This document shows, piece by piece, positions 12,721 through 26,285 of a stretch of 64,000 nt of DNA. The first letter of the stretch is position 1, and the number at the start of each line of letters is the position of its first letter. Under the pieces are notes generated by a model that was given only the letters and a program-made list of their open reading frames with translations, was not told the origin of the DNA and did no database searches. The translations under genes and the position numbers were made by a program. This DNA comes from Squalus acanthias (lineage: Eukaryota), in NCBI GenBank assembly GCA_030390025.1, contig CM059431.1, forward strand, positions 130,512,001-130,576,000, given 5' to 3'.

Positions 12721-13892
12721 TGTCCTCCCACCCATCGATTCCTGACTCGAGTTAAAATCAGGTTTATCTTTTAATGGAATAGCAGGTCATGCATTATCTC
12801 AAAGTTATAGTAATGGGATTTTGGATGTCACTTTTCAGTAACATTGTACATGGGTATCTCCCATGTTGAAGGTATAGACCCAAACTTTAGGCATCTGATT
12901 TCATTAACATTTCTGTATCCAGGGGGCCTCTCGAGCTGCGATAAATTTGGAGGTTGTTACCAGTTGTACAATTCCCTGAAAACTGCCTATAATACTTGTT
13001 TATATCCATTAAAACTTCAGTTAAATGGCCGTAAAAGAAAGCATCTAAGAATCTCATACAATTTATGCTGGACTCAGGAAACAGTTTAATGTTCTGGTGA
13101 AAATTAACTACGTTTTTTATCTGCTGATATAACTTTCTTCTGTGTGCATTCCTTCTTGTAATAACAATTCACAGTTTAATCTGAACTATATGGTCTGTCA
13201 ATATGCTGTTCTTCTTCGTAGAGTCCAGGCGTGTAAGGTAGATATGCTGCACTATTTCCTGAATAACGCACCAGTAAAAATGTAATCATTAAGCCCTGAG
13301 GTGAAACACATCCCATTTCCTATACACTTAAGCTTAAGTTTTTGTTCATAAGTGGTACAGATCTGCTTATGTTAGCTATCTTTTGTAGTAAGCATGAGTA
13401 AAGAGTGTTGTAACAGTAATTTTGGAAGTAGTAATTTTGGAAGTGGTAATTTAATGAGTTGTAGTTTGTATTGGGTATATAACTTTCTGATGGTCAATTG
13501 CAAATTATTTCTCAATGAACTAGAAGTAATTACATTGTCAATCCTTCAGTCTGAGCATCATTGTAAATTAATTGCATGTTTGTCACAAAAGTTCTTAAAT
13601 AACAGGCCATATAAGTCCATGTTTGTTGATTAAAACTACTGTGGAGAACAAATCAGACATTAATAATGTTTGTATGTATAGAGCCTACCCAAAATTGCTG
13701 CCAGCACAAAAAATGCATAAAACCTTAAAGTTAATCATGTACACATTATTAAAAAGTAACCTAGAGAGAATGTGAATTTCATCATTCAAATGACAGTTTT
13801 GAACTGCTCAAGTACATGACTCTCTTGTTGTCACTTCTAGATATGAACTATTATGGTCCTTACACAATCCAGCCAGCAACTTTATCAATGAT

Positions 13893-14706
13893 GGGCCATA
13901 ATTTGCTGCAGGACGATATCTAACGTCGCACATCGTTGGTGCAAAACTGCGAGCTGATAACAGTTCAGCGAGGGAAACGGGGCATCTGGGACCTGAGTGA
14001 ACAGGGCAAGCAAATGTGCATCTCCTGTGTATCTCCTTAACCAATCAGATTGAAAGATTGTGAAATAAACAGCACAAGGACTGAGAAGAAAATGTAAATT
14101 AGAGTGGGTGAATTCAATATCAAATCAGGTACAGAAAGAGAAATAAAGCGAGGGAAAGAAACATTGGATTAAGAGAGGGGGGAAAAAAGAGACAGAAAGG
14201 AAAAGTTAAAAAAAAGTTTTAATTTTAAATTTCACATTTTTGAAATATCCAACAATTAAAACCTGAAGAAATAAAACTCCACAGTTGTAATAGTTAATTT
14301 TTGGTGGCACAGAGGTTCATTGGCAGTAATTAACAATTAGCACACCATTAAAAAGAATCTCTGACAGCTATTCCAGACTTAATTAATTATGCACGGATCT
14401 AACTAGCCCCAAAACAGGCTCCTTGTATCACTTCAGACCAGCTCTAACTTTCCGTGGAGAGTTTAGTTCGCATCTACTGTGCAAGTACAGCATCTTCACG
14501 CTGCTCAATGCATTTTTATGGTGAGTTAAACAGCGAGATGCTGTTTTCGCAAAGCTAATGGCGGATCGGCACAACTCGGACAGCAACTTTTGGATTTCCG
14601 TGTTTAATCGCACATCTGCCCTCGCCTGAAGTTGCTGTAGCATTTGTGCGTAAATAACGGTGACCACTATTAGCCTCACCACTACTTTGGCAGCCAATCA
14701 TGGGCC
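13893..14706. mobile_element. Harbinger-like MITE (multi-copy family)
   Basis: TIRs GGGCCATAATTTGCTGC / GCAGCCAATCATGGGCC; body homologous to 26960-27661, 38986-39340 and 50681-52263. Confidence 0.7.
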
Positions 14707-15169
14707 AATATGTTTATAGTAAATCCTGTTATTTTCTAGGATATTTTATTTTACTGGGTTTTTGTTATTTTTGAGTTGATTTTTTAAATTATGGGCCAAC
14801 AATAGGACTGCAAAAGTGCAGGTAAAATTAATCATGTCGTGGGTCAATGTGACATACCTGTGCGTAGTTGTGCACTTATAGTTTTACAGAAAAAAAATCA
14901 TCTCTCTATTTTTAACTTTTTTGCCAATTTTCTCCCCACCCCTGTTTTCATGAAGGTGTTGACTCATTTCTGAGGTACAGTTTCACAGACATTGATCATC
15001 CCCTCTGGTACCTTGCCCAAAGAGCTATTGTTCTTGTGTGAGCCAGTGATAGCCTGTGGTTGCCAAACTCCATGCATGCACACAAAGGTCACTGGATTAT
15101 GATCAGTAGTGGCAGTATTCCCCTCACTAATCCAGAACAGTACCTACAGAATGCAGTATAACTGCATCA

Positions 15170-18100
15170 TAGGAACGGCAGCATAGTGGTTATGTTACTG
15201 GACTAATAATCCAGAGGCCTGGACTAACTGATCCAGAGACATGAGTTCAAATACCACCACAGCAGCCGGGGAAAATAAAATTCAATTAAAAAAATCTGGA
15301 ATAAAAAGCTAGTACCAGTAATGGTGAGCCTGAAACTATCGGATTGTTGTAAAAACCCATCTGGTTCACTAATGCCCTTTTATGGAAGGAAATCTGCTGT
15401 CCTTACCTGGTCTGGCCTATGTGACTCCAGGCCCACAGCAATGTGGTTGACTCTTAACTGCCCTCTGAAATGGCCTAGCAAGCCACTCAATTGTAACAAA
15501 CCGCTACAGAAAACATTACTAAGAATAAAACCAGACGGACCACCCTGCAAAGTCCTCCTCACTAACATCTGGGGACTTGTGTCAAAATTGGGAGAGCTGT
15601 CACACAGACTAGTCAAGCAACAGCCTGACATAGTCATACTCACAGAATCATACCTTTAAGCCAATGTCCCAGACTCCTCCATCACCATTCCTGGGTATGG
15701 CCTGTCCCACGGGCAGGACAGACCCACCAGAGATGGCGATACAGTGGTATACAGTCGGGAGGGAGTGGCCCTGGGAGTCCTCAACATTGACTCCGGACCC
15801 CATGAAGTCTCATGGCTTCAGGTCAAGCATGGGCAAGGAAACCTCCTGCTGATTATCACCTACAACCCTCCCTCAGCTGATGAATCTGTACTCATCCCTG
15901 TTGAACACCACTTGGAAGAAGCACTGAGAGTAGCAAGGGCACAGAATGTACTCTGGGTGGGGGACTTTAATGTCCATCACCAAGAGTGGCTCTGTAGTAC
16001 TACTACAGGCTGAGTCCTGAAGGACATAGCTGCCAGACTGGGCCTGCGGCAGGTGGTGAGAGAACCAACACAAGGGAGAAACCAACTTGACCTTGTCCTC
16101 ACCAATCTACCTGTCGCAGATGCATCGGTCCATGACAGCATTGGTAGCAGTGACCACCACACAGTCCTTGTGCATTTGCAACCATCTTCAGCCAGAAATG
16201 CCGAGTGGATGATCCATCTCGGACTCCTCCTGATGTCCCCACCATCACAGAAGCCAGTCTTCAGCCAATTCGATTCACTCCACCTGATATCAAGAAATGG
16301 CTAAGCGCACTGGATATAGCAAAGGCTATGGTCCCCGACAACATCCCGGCTGTCGTGCTGAAGACTTGCGCTCCAGAACTAGCTGCGCCTCTAGCCAAGC
16401 TGTTCCAGTACAGCTACAACACTGGCATCTACTCGACAATGTGGAAAACTGCCCAGGTATGTCCTGTCCACCAAAAGCAGGACAAATCCAATCCAGCCAA
16501 TTGCTGTTCCATCAGTCTACTCTCAATCATCAGCAAAGTGATGGAAGCTGTCGTCAACAGTGCTATCAAGCGGCACTTACTCACCAATAACCTGCTCACC
16601 GATGCTCAGTTTGAGTTCCACCAGAACCACTCGGCTCCAGACCTCATTACTGCCTCGGTCCAAACATGGACAATAGAGCTGAATTCCAGGAGTGAGGTGA
16701 CATCGAGGCAGCATTTGACCAAGTGTGGCATCAAGGAGCCCTAGTAAAATTGAAGTTAGTGGGAATCAGGGGGAAAATTCTTCACTGGCTGGAATCATAC
16801 CTAGCACAAAGGAAGATGGTTGTGGTTGTTGGAGGTCGATCATCTCAGCCCCAGGACATCGCTGCAGGAGTTCCTCAGGGCAGTGTCCTAGGCCCAAACA
16901 TCTTCAGCTGCTTCATCAATGACCTCCCCGCCATCAGAAGGTCAGAAGTAGGGATTTTTTTTAAATTCATACACGGGATGTGGGCGTCGCCGGCAAGGCC
17001 AGCTTTTATTGCCCATCCCTAATTTTCCCTCGAGAAGGTGGTGCTGAGCCACCTTCTTGAATAAGTGGCACTTCAGAGGGCAGTTAAGAGTCAACCACAT
17101 TGCTATGGGTCTGGAGTCATATATAGGCCAGACCGGGGAATAACAACAGATTTCCTTCCTTAAAGGGGTTTCGTGAACCAGATGGGTTTTTTACGACTAT
17201 CTGGTAGTTCCATGGTCACCATTACCGATATAGCTTTTTAATTCCAGATTTATTTAAGTGAATTTAAATTCAACAGCTGCCGTGGTGGGATTTGAACTCA
17301 TGTCTCTGGATCATTAGTCCAGGCCTCTGGATTACTAGTCCAGAAACATAACCACTATGCTACTGTACCTGTGTTTGCTGATGCTTGTACAGTGTTCAGT
17401 TCCATTCGCAATCCCCAGAAAATGAAACCGTCCATGCCCGCACACAGCAAGACCTGGATGACATTCAGGCTTGGGCTGATAAGTGGCAAGTAACATTCAC
17501 GCCACACTAGTGCCAGGCAATGACTATCTCCAACAAGCGAGAGTCTAACCACCGCCCCTTGACATTCAACGGCATAACCATTGATGAATCCCCCACCATC
17601 AACATCCTGGGGGTCACCATTGACCAGAAACTTAACTGGACCAGCCACATAAATACTGTGGCTACAAGAGCAGGTCAGAGGCTGGGCATTCTGTGGCGAG
17701 TGTCTCACCTCCTGACTCCCCAAAGCCTTTCCACCATCTACAAGGCACAAGTCAGGAGTGTGATGGAATACTCTCCACTTGCCTGGATGAGTGCTGCTCC
17801 AACAACACTCAAGAAGCTCGACACCATGCAGGACAAAGCAGCCCGCTTGATTGGCAACCCATCCACCACTTTAAACACTCACTCCCACCATTACCGGCAC
17901 ACCGTAGCTGCAGTGTGTACCATCTACAAGATGCACTGCAGCAACTCGCCAAGGCTTCTTCAGCAGCACCTCCCAAAGCCGCAAACTCTACCACCTACAA
18001 GGACAAGGGCAGCAGGCGCATGGGAACACCATCACCTGCAAGTCCCCTGCAAGTTACACACCATCCTGACTTGGAAGTATATCTACGATCCTTCATCGTT

Positions 18101-18227
18101 CCTGGGTCAAAATCCTGGAACTCCCTCCCTAACAGCACTGTGGGAGTACCTTCACCACACAGACAGCAGTGGTTCAAGAAGACGGCTCACCACCACCTTC
18201 TCGAGGGCAATTAGGGATGGGCAATAA
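15170..18227 (+). mobile_element. CR1/Jockey-group LINE (CR1-Zenon-like) with tRNA-like 5' head; EN+RT disrupted and internally deleted
   Basis: APE endonuclease (LLTNIWGL, PDIVILTES, VGDFN, LDLVL, SDHH) and RT (GVPQGSVLGP, IYKAQVRSVMEY); A/B-box-like head at 15175-15260. Confidence 0.9.
16954..17370 (-). mobile_element. tRNA-derived SINE composed of the host LINE's 5' ~300 nt plus its 3' tail
   Basis: Reverse complement matches 15175-15470, then 18170-18227 and the 3' tail, and ends in an A-run; interrupts RT motif SEVG|(M)FADD. Confidence 0.88.
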
Positions 18228-18416
18228 CTCCAACTGCACATCCTAGACACCAGCTAAAAAGGTTTGACTCTTTTGCAGAAATCGCTGTTGAAATTAAATT
18301 AAATTCTGTAAATAAAGCCGGGATAGAAGATTAATATCAGTAAAGCACAAAGAGAAAGTAAAAATAAAACTCATACTCCATATACATTTTTAGCAGTAAA
18401 CACATTGTACACACAA

Positions 18417-19390
18417 GGGCCAAACTTCCTCTCCTGGCACTGTCTGGGAGCAATTAGTGCAGAGCACACCAGAAGTGCACTCTGCTAAGCTCATGTGCTG
18501 AGTACCTAAACATGTTTTTGGGCTTCATTTAAATGAAGGAGGCACCACACAGGCACACTTGGCAGACATTAAAGAGACAGGCACAGTTAGAGTCCCATCG
18601 GAGAGCCAGAGGGACTTTTTCTTCTGCAGGTAATAGGGCAGGATTATAATTTGGACACCTATTGATGAAGAATGGAAAGTTTTAAAATATGTGTGCCAGA
18701 AGCTGCACATTATGTGTTGATTTTTTCTACAATTATTGAAAGTTTCCACTCCTACAAATGGGTGCAGGCTGCGTCATGAGTGGGAAGGCAGCAGCACCCG
18801 AAGCAGCAGTCTGGATGCTGCTCGCGCCTGCCTTGGAGGAGCTGATAAGAGGATGGTCTCATTGTGCCAAGCAGTAGGTGGAGGAACAAGGAAAGTAACT
18901 GTGGTTATGAAGAATGATGGTGGAGGAGTAGGAGGAGGATGCATGATTGATTGTGAAGCTTCTTTTTTTATTCCGTATGCCGCGGAGCAGTTGTATGGTT
19001 AGGCAGAGCGGGATTTCTTACGCTGTGGTAGGGAAACAGGTGTTTGTGGCTCATGAGATGGCCCAGCAAATGACTTCAGCAGCAGTTAAGGGGGCTTGTG
19101 ATTGTTTCCCTTCATCTGCCTCTAAATAAACCAGATGGCAAAAGGGTGGATGGGACAGGACTAAGTACTGACTCATCACAAAGTGTAAAACACTCGTAGG
19201 AGTCCGCAACAATACAGAAGCAGGAAAAATATTTTTTATTCAAAAATCCAAGAAGCTTTTCTTGTCAGTACCAGCTTGTCTCTGAAGGTAGATAATACTC
19301 AAATGGCAGCTCTGGAATCTGTAGTACAGGTAAGTGTGGGAACAGTTTTCCCCTGATCGACACCTGGTACTACTAGAGGAAGTTTGAGGG
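18417..19390. mobile_element. Degraded TIR element, possibly Harbinger-derived
   Basis: Inverted CAAACTTCCTCT / AGAGGAAGTTTG near the ends. Confidence 0.4.
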
Positions 19391-19897
19391 CAGAGGTCTC
19401 TGCCGTTCATTTGTATGGAATTTACATTGCAGTGCTTTTTTCAGGTGCAGTCAGATTCAAACAGTAGAAAGGCCAAAGGGGAAGTTCATGTGCAGTGCTA
19501 CTTAGGAGCAAAATGGGAGCAAAGGATTGGCACCCTTACTTCCTCCACAATGCACTCATTTTTTGGGCACTATGTGGGAGCAAGACAGAAGAAAATCGTC
19601 CCTTCAATCACTAGACAGAAATTACAGATAAAAAGCACATAATTTTAAATATATACAGATATTCCACTGATTCTGCTTAACCTTTTAGACCTGGGCAGGT
19701 TTTCCTGTTGTAATTTATATATATATATGGTTCAAAGTGTCAGGTGGATAAATTCCAGTCCTCTAAGTGTGAAATTAATTAGAAGATCACAATTATCCAC
19801 CAGTATGTACTCCCAGATTGCTTTGGCAAAATACTGAACTAAGCCATTTGTTCTTTCTGCCAGCACTAATGTTAGCCTGGTACCTTGTATAAATAGT

Positions 19898-20366
19898 GAA
19901 AGAAAAAAAGGAAGATTTGCATTTATATAGCGCCTTTCACGACCACCGGACATCCCAAAGCGCCAATCTAGTATTTTTTGAAGTGTAGTCACTGTTGTAA
20001 TGTAGGAAACGCGGCAGCCAATTTGCACACAGCAAGCTCCCATAAACAGCACTGTGATAATGACCAGATAATCTTTTTTTGTGATATTGATTGAGGGATA
20101 AATATTGGCTAGGACACCGGGGATAACTCCCCTGCTCTTCTTCGAAATAGTGCCATAGGATCTTTTACGTCCACCTGTGAGGGCAGAGAGTGCCTCTGTT
20201 TAACGTCTCATCCGAAAGACGGCACCTCCGACAGTGCAGCACTCCCTCAGCACTGCACTGGAGTGTCAGCCTAGATTTTTGTGCTCAAGTCTCTGGAGCG
20301 GGACTTGAACCCAGAACCTTCTGACTCAGAGGCGAGGGTGCTACCAACTGAGTCATGGTTGACACA
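19898..20366 (-). mobile_element. Deu-domain tRNA SINE (SacSINE1/AmnSINE-like)
   Basis: tRNA-like head (..CTCAGTTGGTAGCA..GGTTCAAGTCC), Deu core GGAGGTGCCGTCTTTCGGATGAGACG, L2-like tail GAAAGGCGCTATATAAATGC. Confidence 0.9.
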
Positions 20367-20865
20367 GCATACAGTTACACTAAATTACAGGGATTAATGT
20401 TGAAAATCAGCACCGAATTAACAATGTAGTAGCACCAGCACTCCTTATTATAATCAATAACACTGTCACTAAAATACACTACACCAATTTTAATCGAGGT
20501 AGGAATCGATCAGGTGGGGGCTGAGGCAGACAGCTGACTGTGCCAACCTCAGCAGCATGAAGCCCAGGAGATTTTAACTTCTGTGCCTCATCTGCATATC
20601 CTCAATCAATCTCCCACCAAAACTGGTGGGAAGTAGCAGTTGGCTGATGGGCAGAAGCGCAATTTTGCGCGGTAGGAATCTGCCGACGGGGACTGAAGGA
20701 ATCGTTCCTGGGACATAGGTAATAAAAGGGAGGGCCTCACAAGGGGGAGAGGGGGTGGGGGTGGGGGTGGGGGGTGGAAGCCCAGGGCAGTGGAGACCTA
20801 AATTTTGCTTGTTGGTCCTGGATAAACCCATACATCATGCTGACAGCTGAGAATCTAAACAGATA

Positions 20866-22309
20866 GGCCGGAATTTTGCGGGGAGTCAGTGGGCGCGATC
20901 GGTGGCGGGTTGGGTGGGAAAGTGTTTTTTTCCCCAGCGGGTCGGGACCCTGCTGTGAACCCGCCGCCACGCGCCTTTCCCCATTGTCCGGTCTGTCAGC
21001 GCTGAGCAGACCCGACACGCAGCAGCGGGTGATCCAATTCAGGTCATTAGTGGCTTGTTTAGAGCTACTTAAGAATGATTTTCAGCTTAACTTTTGCATT
21101 TGACAGCTCGCCCATGGGTCCACGCTGGTCGTGGACCATGTCTGTCAAGCTGAGGCGAGAGTTCAGGGACCATTGAATCAGCTGTTGAGTTGTCAGTTTC
21201 AAATGTAAAGTAAAAGTTCCCACCTTACAGAGATCTCTTCCCACAGCCACAAGCTCTTCCTCACTACATTTCCACAACAGATTCACCATGCTGCAAGTCT
21301 TTACACAAATCTCTATCCAGTTTGATGTGCCAGCTTGGCACCACCCCACACCTATACCATAAAGCATCCCTACAATGCCCAAGCCATTCCTTTCACACTC
21401 ATCACCATTGAGTGGGTACCGTTATGTCTCACCATTCACTGCAATTCACTAAGCCACTTCCAAAGGTGCACACAAATCTGTCCAAGAACGCAAAGTGTAA
21501 ATAATAAAGGTTTCAATGTTTGATACCACATTAACAGAAACTTTACATAAACATTGCATAAAACACCCAAGTCCCTACCCTTGTGTGTTGTTAGTTCGTA
21601 TGTTTGCAGTAGGTTGAGGGTGAGTGTGAGGGGTGGCTAGTGAAATGGGGATGTGATAATATAGATAGAGAGGGATGGGTGGAGGTGCAACGTAAGTTGG
21701 TGTGAGTAAAGATGTGCAGGAGTAGGGTAGGGAAGGCAGAGTGATGTGGATGTGATGAGAGGCAAAGCAGGATGAGGTTGAGTGTGGCTTTGTACTAACG
21801 TTTAGTGATCTATTGAGATCATTGAAACATTTGCGGCACTGCACCCAGGTCCTCCTGACCACATCCCTGCTTGTGCCCTCCTGTGCAATGTGCAACCAGG
21901 CTGTGTTGATCTCCTGGGGAGGTCTCTTCTGCCCACGGGTAGGGAAGAGAACCTCCCTGTGTACTGTGACTCCCTCCATAAGCATATGGAGGGAGTCATG
22001 GGAGAGCCTGGGTGCAGCCCTGCAGTGATTGTCAGTGTTTGCAGCACCTCAATACTGTAGAACACTGACAGCACAAATGTCAAAATAAATTTGGACATGG
22101 TCTCTTTGAGGAAACTGGCTGATGATGCGTCATCAAATGACATCACCAGACCCACTTCCTCTAATTGGCCGGGAAACGCGCTGGGCGGGCTTAACAAGCC
22201 CTATTAATGGAAGTTCATTTTACAGAGTGGGATGGAGCCAGCAGCGGGGTTGGGACCCGCCACTGGCGTCGCCCGCCACAGACCCGATGAGGTCAGCAAA
22301 ATCGTGGCC
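20866..22309 (-). mobile_element. Non-autonomous Harbinger element with Myb/SANT exon
   Basis: TIRs GGCCGGAATTTTGC / GCAAAATCGTGGCC; TSD ATA; ORF LMEGV..VLFP..AWLHIAQE..RTWVQCRKCFNDL. Confidence 0.88.
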
Positions 22310-23084
22310 ATAGAGACAAACCTATAACAATGTCAAATCAGAAGTTGCAGCAATGTAGCTAAGATCATTTTCAGTGGTCTGCGATATTATATTTGTGCTA
22401 TCAAAATTAGAGTCAAGGTTTGAGTGAGTGCAAACCTATGTTTGAGAATATAAAGTGTGGAACAAAAATAAATCTATTCAGAATATCAGGCCCATTTTTT
22501 GTAAAATTTACCCTATCATCATCTCTATAAAACCTATCCAACCAAGCACAGGTAAAACCTGAAAGAGGATACATTTCAGAAACTGACTTAAAGATAGCCA
22601 AGCAAAGCACAGGAATAACAGTCCAACTCCACAATGCTAACTGAACCAAATGCATTTCACAGTAAACACTCCCAACGGCCCACGCTCCATAGAGTACATG
22701 ATTATCTCTACTTATCCTTATAAACTTTCATTCCATCCTTAACCAGATATTTATCAGGCTTATTTTATTTTGTCAAAATGTAAACTGTCTTCGTTCCACA
22801 TATTCACTTCTCATGGAGGTGGAGGTGTTGGGGAGATTTCTTCTAACCTCTACTTTCACTTGAAAAATGCAAGTACACATGTCAAAATGTGAATGAAAAC
22901 CAAGAGGTGATATCAAAGAAGCAATAGGATTAGTGGAACAATTTAGATATTGTTTAACCTGTCAAGAGTCAAATGTGACTGATTTAGAGGAGCTGTGGTC
23001 AAGATGAGAAAAAGATTGCACTTGATATATGCAAGATTTTTTAATAAAAATTGCTGTAGGAATCCAATTGATTAATATAATTAA

Positions 23085-23550
23085 AGAAAGACTTGCATTT
23101 TTATAGCGCCTTTCATGACCACCGGACGTCTCAAAGCGCTTTACAGCCAAAGAAGTATTTTTGAAGTGGAGTCACTGTTGTAATGTGGGAAATGCGGCAG
23201 CCAATTTGCGCACAGCAAGCTCCCACAAACAGCAATGTGATAATGACCAGATCATCTGTTTTTGTAATGTTGATTGAGGGATAAATATTGGCCAGGACAC
23301 CGGGGATAACTCCCTTGCTCTTCTTCGAAATAGTGCCATGGGATCTTTTCCATCCACCTGAGAGAGCAGACGGGACCTCGGTTTAAAGTCTCATCTGAAA
23401 GACAGCACCTCCGACAGTGCAGCACTCCCTCAGCACTGTACTGGAGTGTCAGCCTAGATTTATGTGCTCAAGTCCCTGGAGTGGGACTTTAACCCACAAC
23501 CTTCTGACTCAGAGGCGAGTGTGCTACCCACTGAGCCACAGCTGACACTG
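23085..23550 (-). mobile_element. Deu-domain tRNA SINE
   Basis: Full-length copy highly similar to 19898-20366. Confidence 0.9.
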
Positions 23551-24543
23551 TATATATGTAAATTAAAATAATGCAAATTTTATAATTTATGTTAATAATT
23601 TTCATAATAAACACTACGCCTGTAATTGATCAGTCCATGTAAGGGGATCAGCGTAAGTCCCAACAGAACTGCTTTTGCTGGCTTCCTCCATTCCCCCTCC
23701 TCCTCTTCAGTGTCAGTAGCTATAAACACCGAGATATCACAGCTGTAAGGGTTTCTGAACCTGTGTGGCTCTGTGCTCAGCCTGGGTGCTAGTGCGAGGT
23801 TAGGCCTTGTTGCCTGTTCTGGTCTCCAGCCAGTCTGGGAGCACTAGACACCTGTGAGTGGTTCGACCCACTCGCCCTTACGGTTCTGACACTGGACTTA
23901 GATGCGAGAGCAGTAATGGAGAGAAAACTCAGGTAGACCCGGTTGAATGGTACGAAATGGAAAATCTTTATTGCATATTATTCAAGATTACGAAATACAT
24001 GTCATAAGCACAGATTAATGACAGTACAATCTTACACGCAGTTATGTAACTAATTTCAGGGAAACGAGGAACGAACGACACATCGTAAATGGGGGCACAC
24101 ATTACAGTTATCCTTAAAACTTAAACCCTCCCCTATCAATACCTGCTCTAAACTAGACTTGTAGGATCGAGACTCATGCTCACCACTCGTGATAACTCGG
24201 AGAATTCCGAAAACTCTGATCGGATGTTTTTCACCGCAGCACCTGATCACCCACGTGTTGATCAGGGGTCTCTGTACCCCACTTGTTTACTCGTTTCTGC
24301 TCCGGCTAGCAGGCTGGACCGTCTGCTGTCATGAAGATCTGTGTTGTCCTCGGAGTTCCGACACGACTCGAAAAATAGTCTTCCTGTGCCCTCACACCGG
24401 TTCGATAAAACTCAAAGAAGAGTCTTCCGATGCCAGTTCTGTAAAACTCAAAGAAGGTCTTCCTGGGCAAGGAAAGTGTCTATTCGACCTACAGGCGCGG
24501 TCGGAGCTTACTGACCGTGGCGATACGTATGGTCTTCTTCTCT

Positions 24544-24587
24544 TCTCATCTCATCTCATCTCATCTCATCTCATCTCATCTCATCTC
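24544..24587 (+). repeat. (TCTCA)n microsatellite
   Basis: About 9 tandem units. Confidence 0.95.
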
Positions 24588-25392
24588 GGGCCTTCGGTTC
24601 CAACACCGTTTACCGACTTCTCGGGATGGTGTGCCCGTTTCAAGGCTTCACAGCCCGGTTCCACACAGATCTTCGCGGCAAGCCACGAGGCAGATCCTGG
24701 CGGATCGTAAAGTTCAACAGTCTTTCAAGCTGCAAGAGGCAGAGACACGAGGCAAGCGGCAAGGAGTCGAAAGGATAAGAGCACAAGAGCAGCCATGAGG
24801 ATAAGAGAGAGATGGACAGTTGGAGCTTGCAGTTATAGTGCAAAACTCTTCCTTTTCCCGCCCAACCTTAATGTCTTTTCTTTTGTTAGGGTTTTGGCGC
24901 TCAAATTTCTTGTATAGGGTGATCTCCGTTTTAATGGGTTTCGGGGATACTCGTAACTGTCTGAGTACCTGTTAATATTTCTCCCATTGTGCAATCGGTC
25001 GGCATTCTCCCTGGAGGGGTTTTGGGGCTTCCAAATGTTCTCTGTAACTACCCGCTAACGGCTCTCTCATCGTAGAGTCGTGGGGATTTCGCATATTAAT
25101 GTCTTTGGATGGGCTCCTGATCACCCGGCACAATAGCCCTTATTCGCACCTGGGAGACCGACTTCAGTATCCATGTGTACACTGCAAACCCACGATGTCT
25201 CGTGTACCATCCCAAACGTACTGAGTCCTGATCGATCCCGCACAAATGTCCACCGGAACGCCATCCCGTCTGCCCATCGAAAAGTCCAGAATGTTCTGCC
25301 ACGAGGCGTGGCGGCCACCCCACAGGCTGCCCGTGTCCACCCCGAAAACCCGACAGCATTCCGCCGAAACAAAGCTGCTCGAACGAAACTAT

Positions 25393-26285
25393 GGGGTAGA
25401 AATTAGGTCGCGCCCCATTTGGGGCGCAAATATCGTCCGGACGCAAATATTAGCGCCTGGCGCTAATTATCGGCACTGACAGGAAACTTCACTTTTACCG
25501 CCCCGGGAGGTGAGTGGAGCGCTAAAGCAGGCGCTGCACACCTCTCTTAAGGCGCAAAGGGCGAGCAGTGAGGCGCTAACTCGGAGCGCTGGCGAAGCTC
25601 ATGTAATGTCAGTCAGCAATGGAACACACACACAATGGCACGGGCCAGTTCTTAAAGGGGATGGTTAATCTTGCTTTCCATCCACATCCTGTTCATTGCA
25701 GCCTTGAATCTCGGCCTGGAGAGACTTGCACATCAAATGTGCTGGAAAGTACAATGGAGAGTACCAGGCAAAGAGCTCAGAGTGCAGCTCCCACAGTCTC
25801 TGCTAAATCGATACAAGGAATGGCAAATCAAAATGAACCTGCAAAGTGCTGCTCAGTACCCAAAACTCCTTCACACAACGTTGAATCTCTCCAGAAGTCT
25901 CTCCCTCTCTCTCTCAGAATGCGTAGTTCAAAAATGCCACCAACAATAAAAGACAGGAAGAGGCCCCCTTTAAATAGCGCCCCCCCCAGCCCCACAGCGA
26001 TTGATAGCGTTCCAGTCTTCTGGTCGTTGGAAGCGCCAGGCGGTAAGGCAGGGGGCGCCACTCAATTTCTGCTACGGGGCGCCACAAGGGCGTTGCACCA
26101 TGGAATGACGTCACAATCTGCGCGCGCAGGTGGTCGCAGCGGTAAGTTTTAGCGCCGCCGCACAATCTCAAGTTAAGTTCTCGAGCGGCGCAAACATCGC
26201 TGCGCCCGGGCGTTAGCGGCTTTGCGCCCCATTAGCGCCCTCTTAAGGCGCTAACGGGAGGCGCAACCAAGTGAATTTTTACCCC
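25393..26285. mobile_element. GC-rich non-autonomous Harbinger-like element
   Basis: TIRs GGGGTAGAAATT / AATTTTTACCCC; TSD TAT; many subterminal (T)AGCGC/GCGCTAA motifs. Confidence 0.82.

Noticed and set aside
13415..13450. Short direct duplications (also near 40810-40842 and 60339-60375)
   Set aside because: Ordinary slippage duplications
24056..26171. ORFs of 60-177 aa as viral or host proteins
   Set aside because: No recognisable motifs; one runs through a microsatellite; such ORFs are expected by chance in GC-rich sequence
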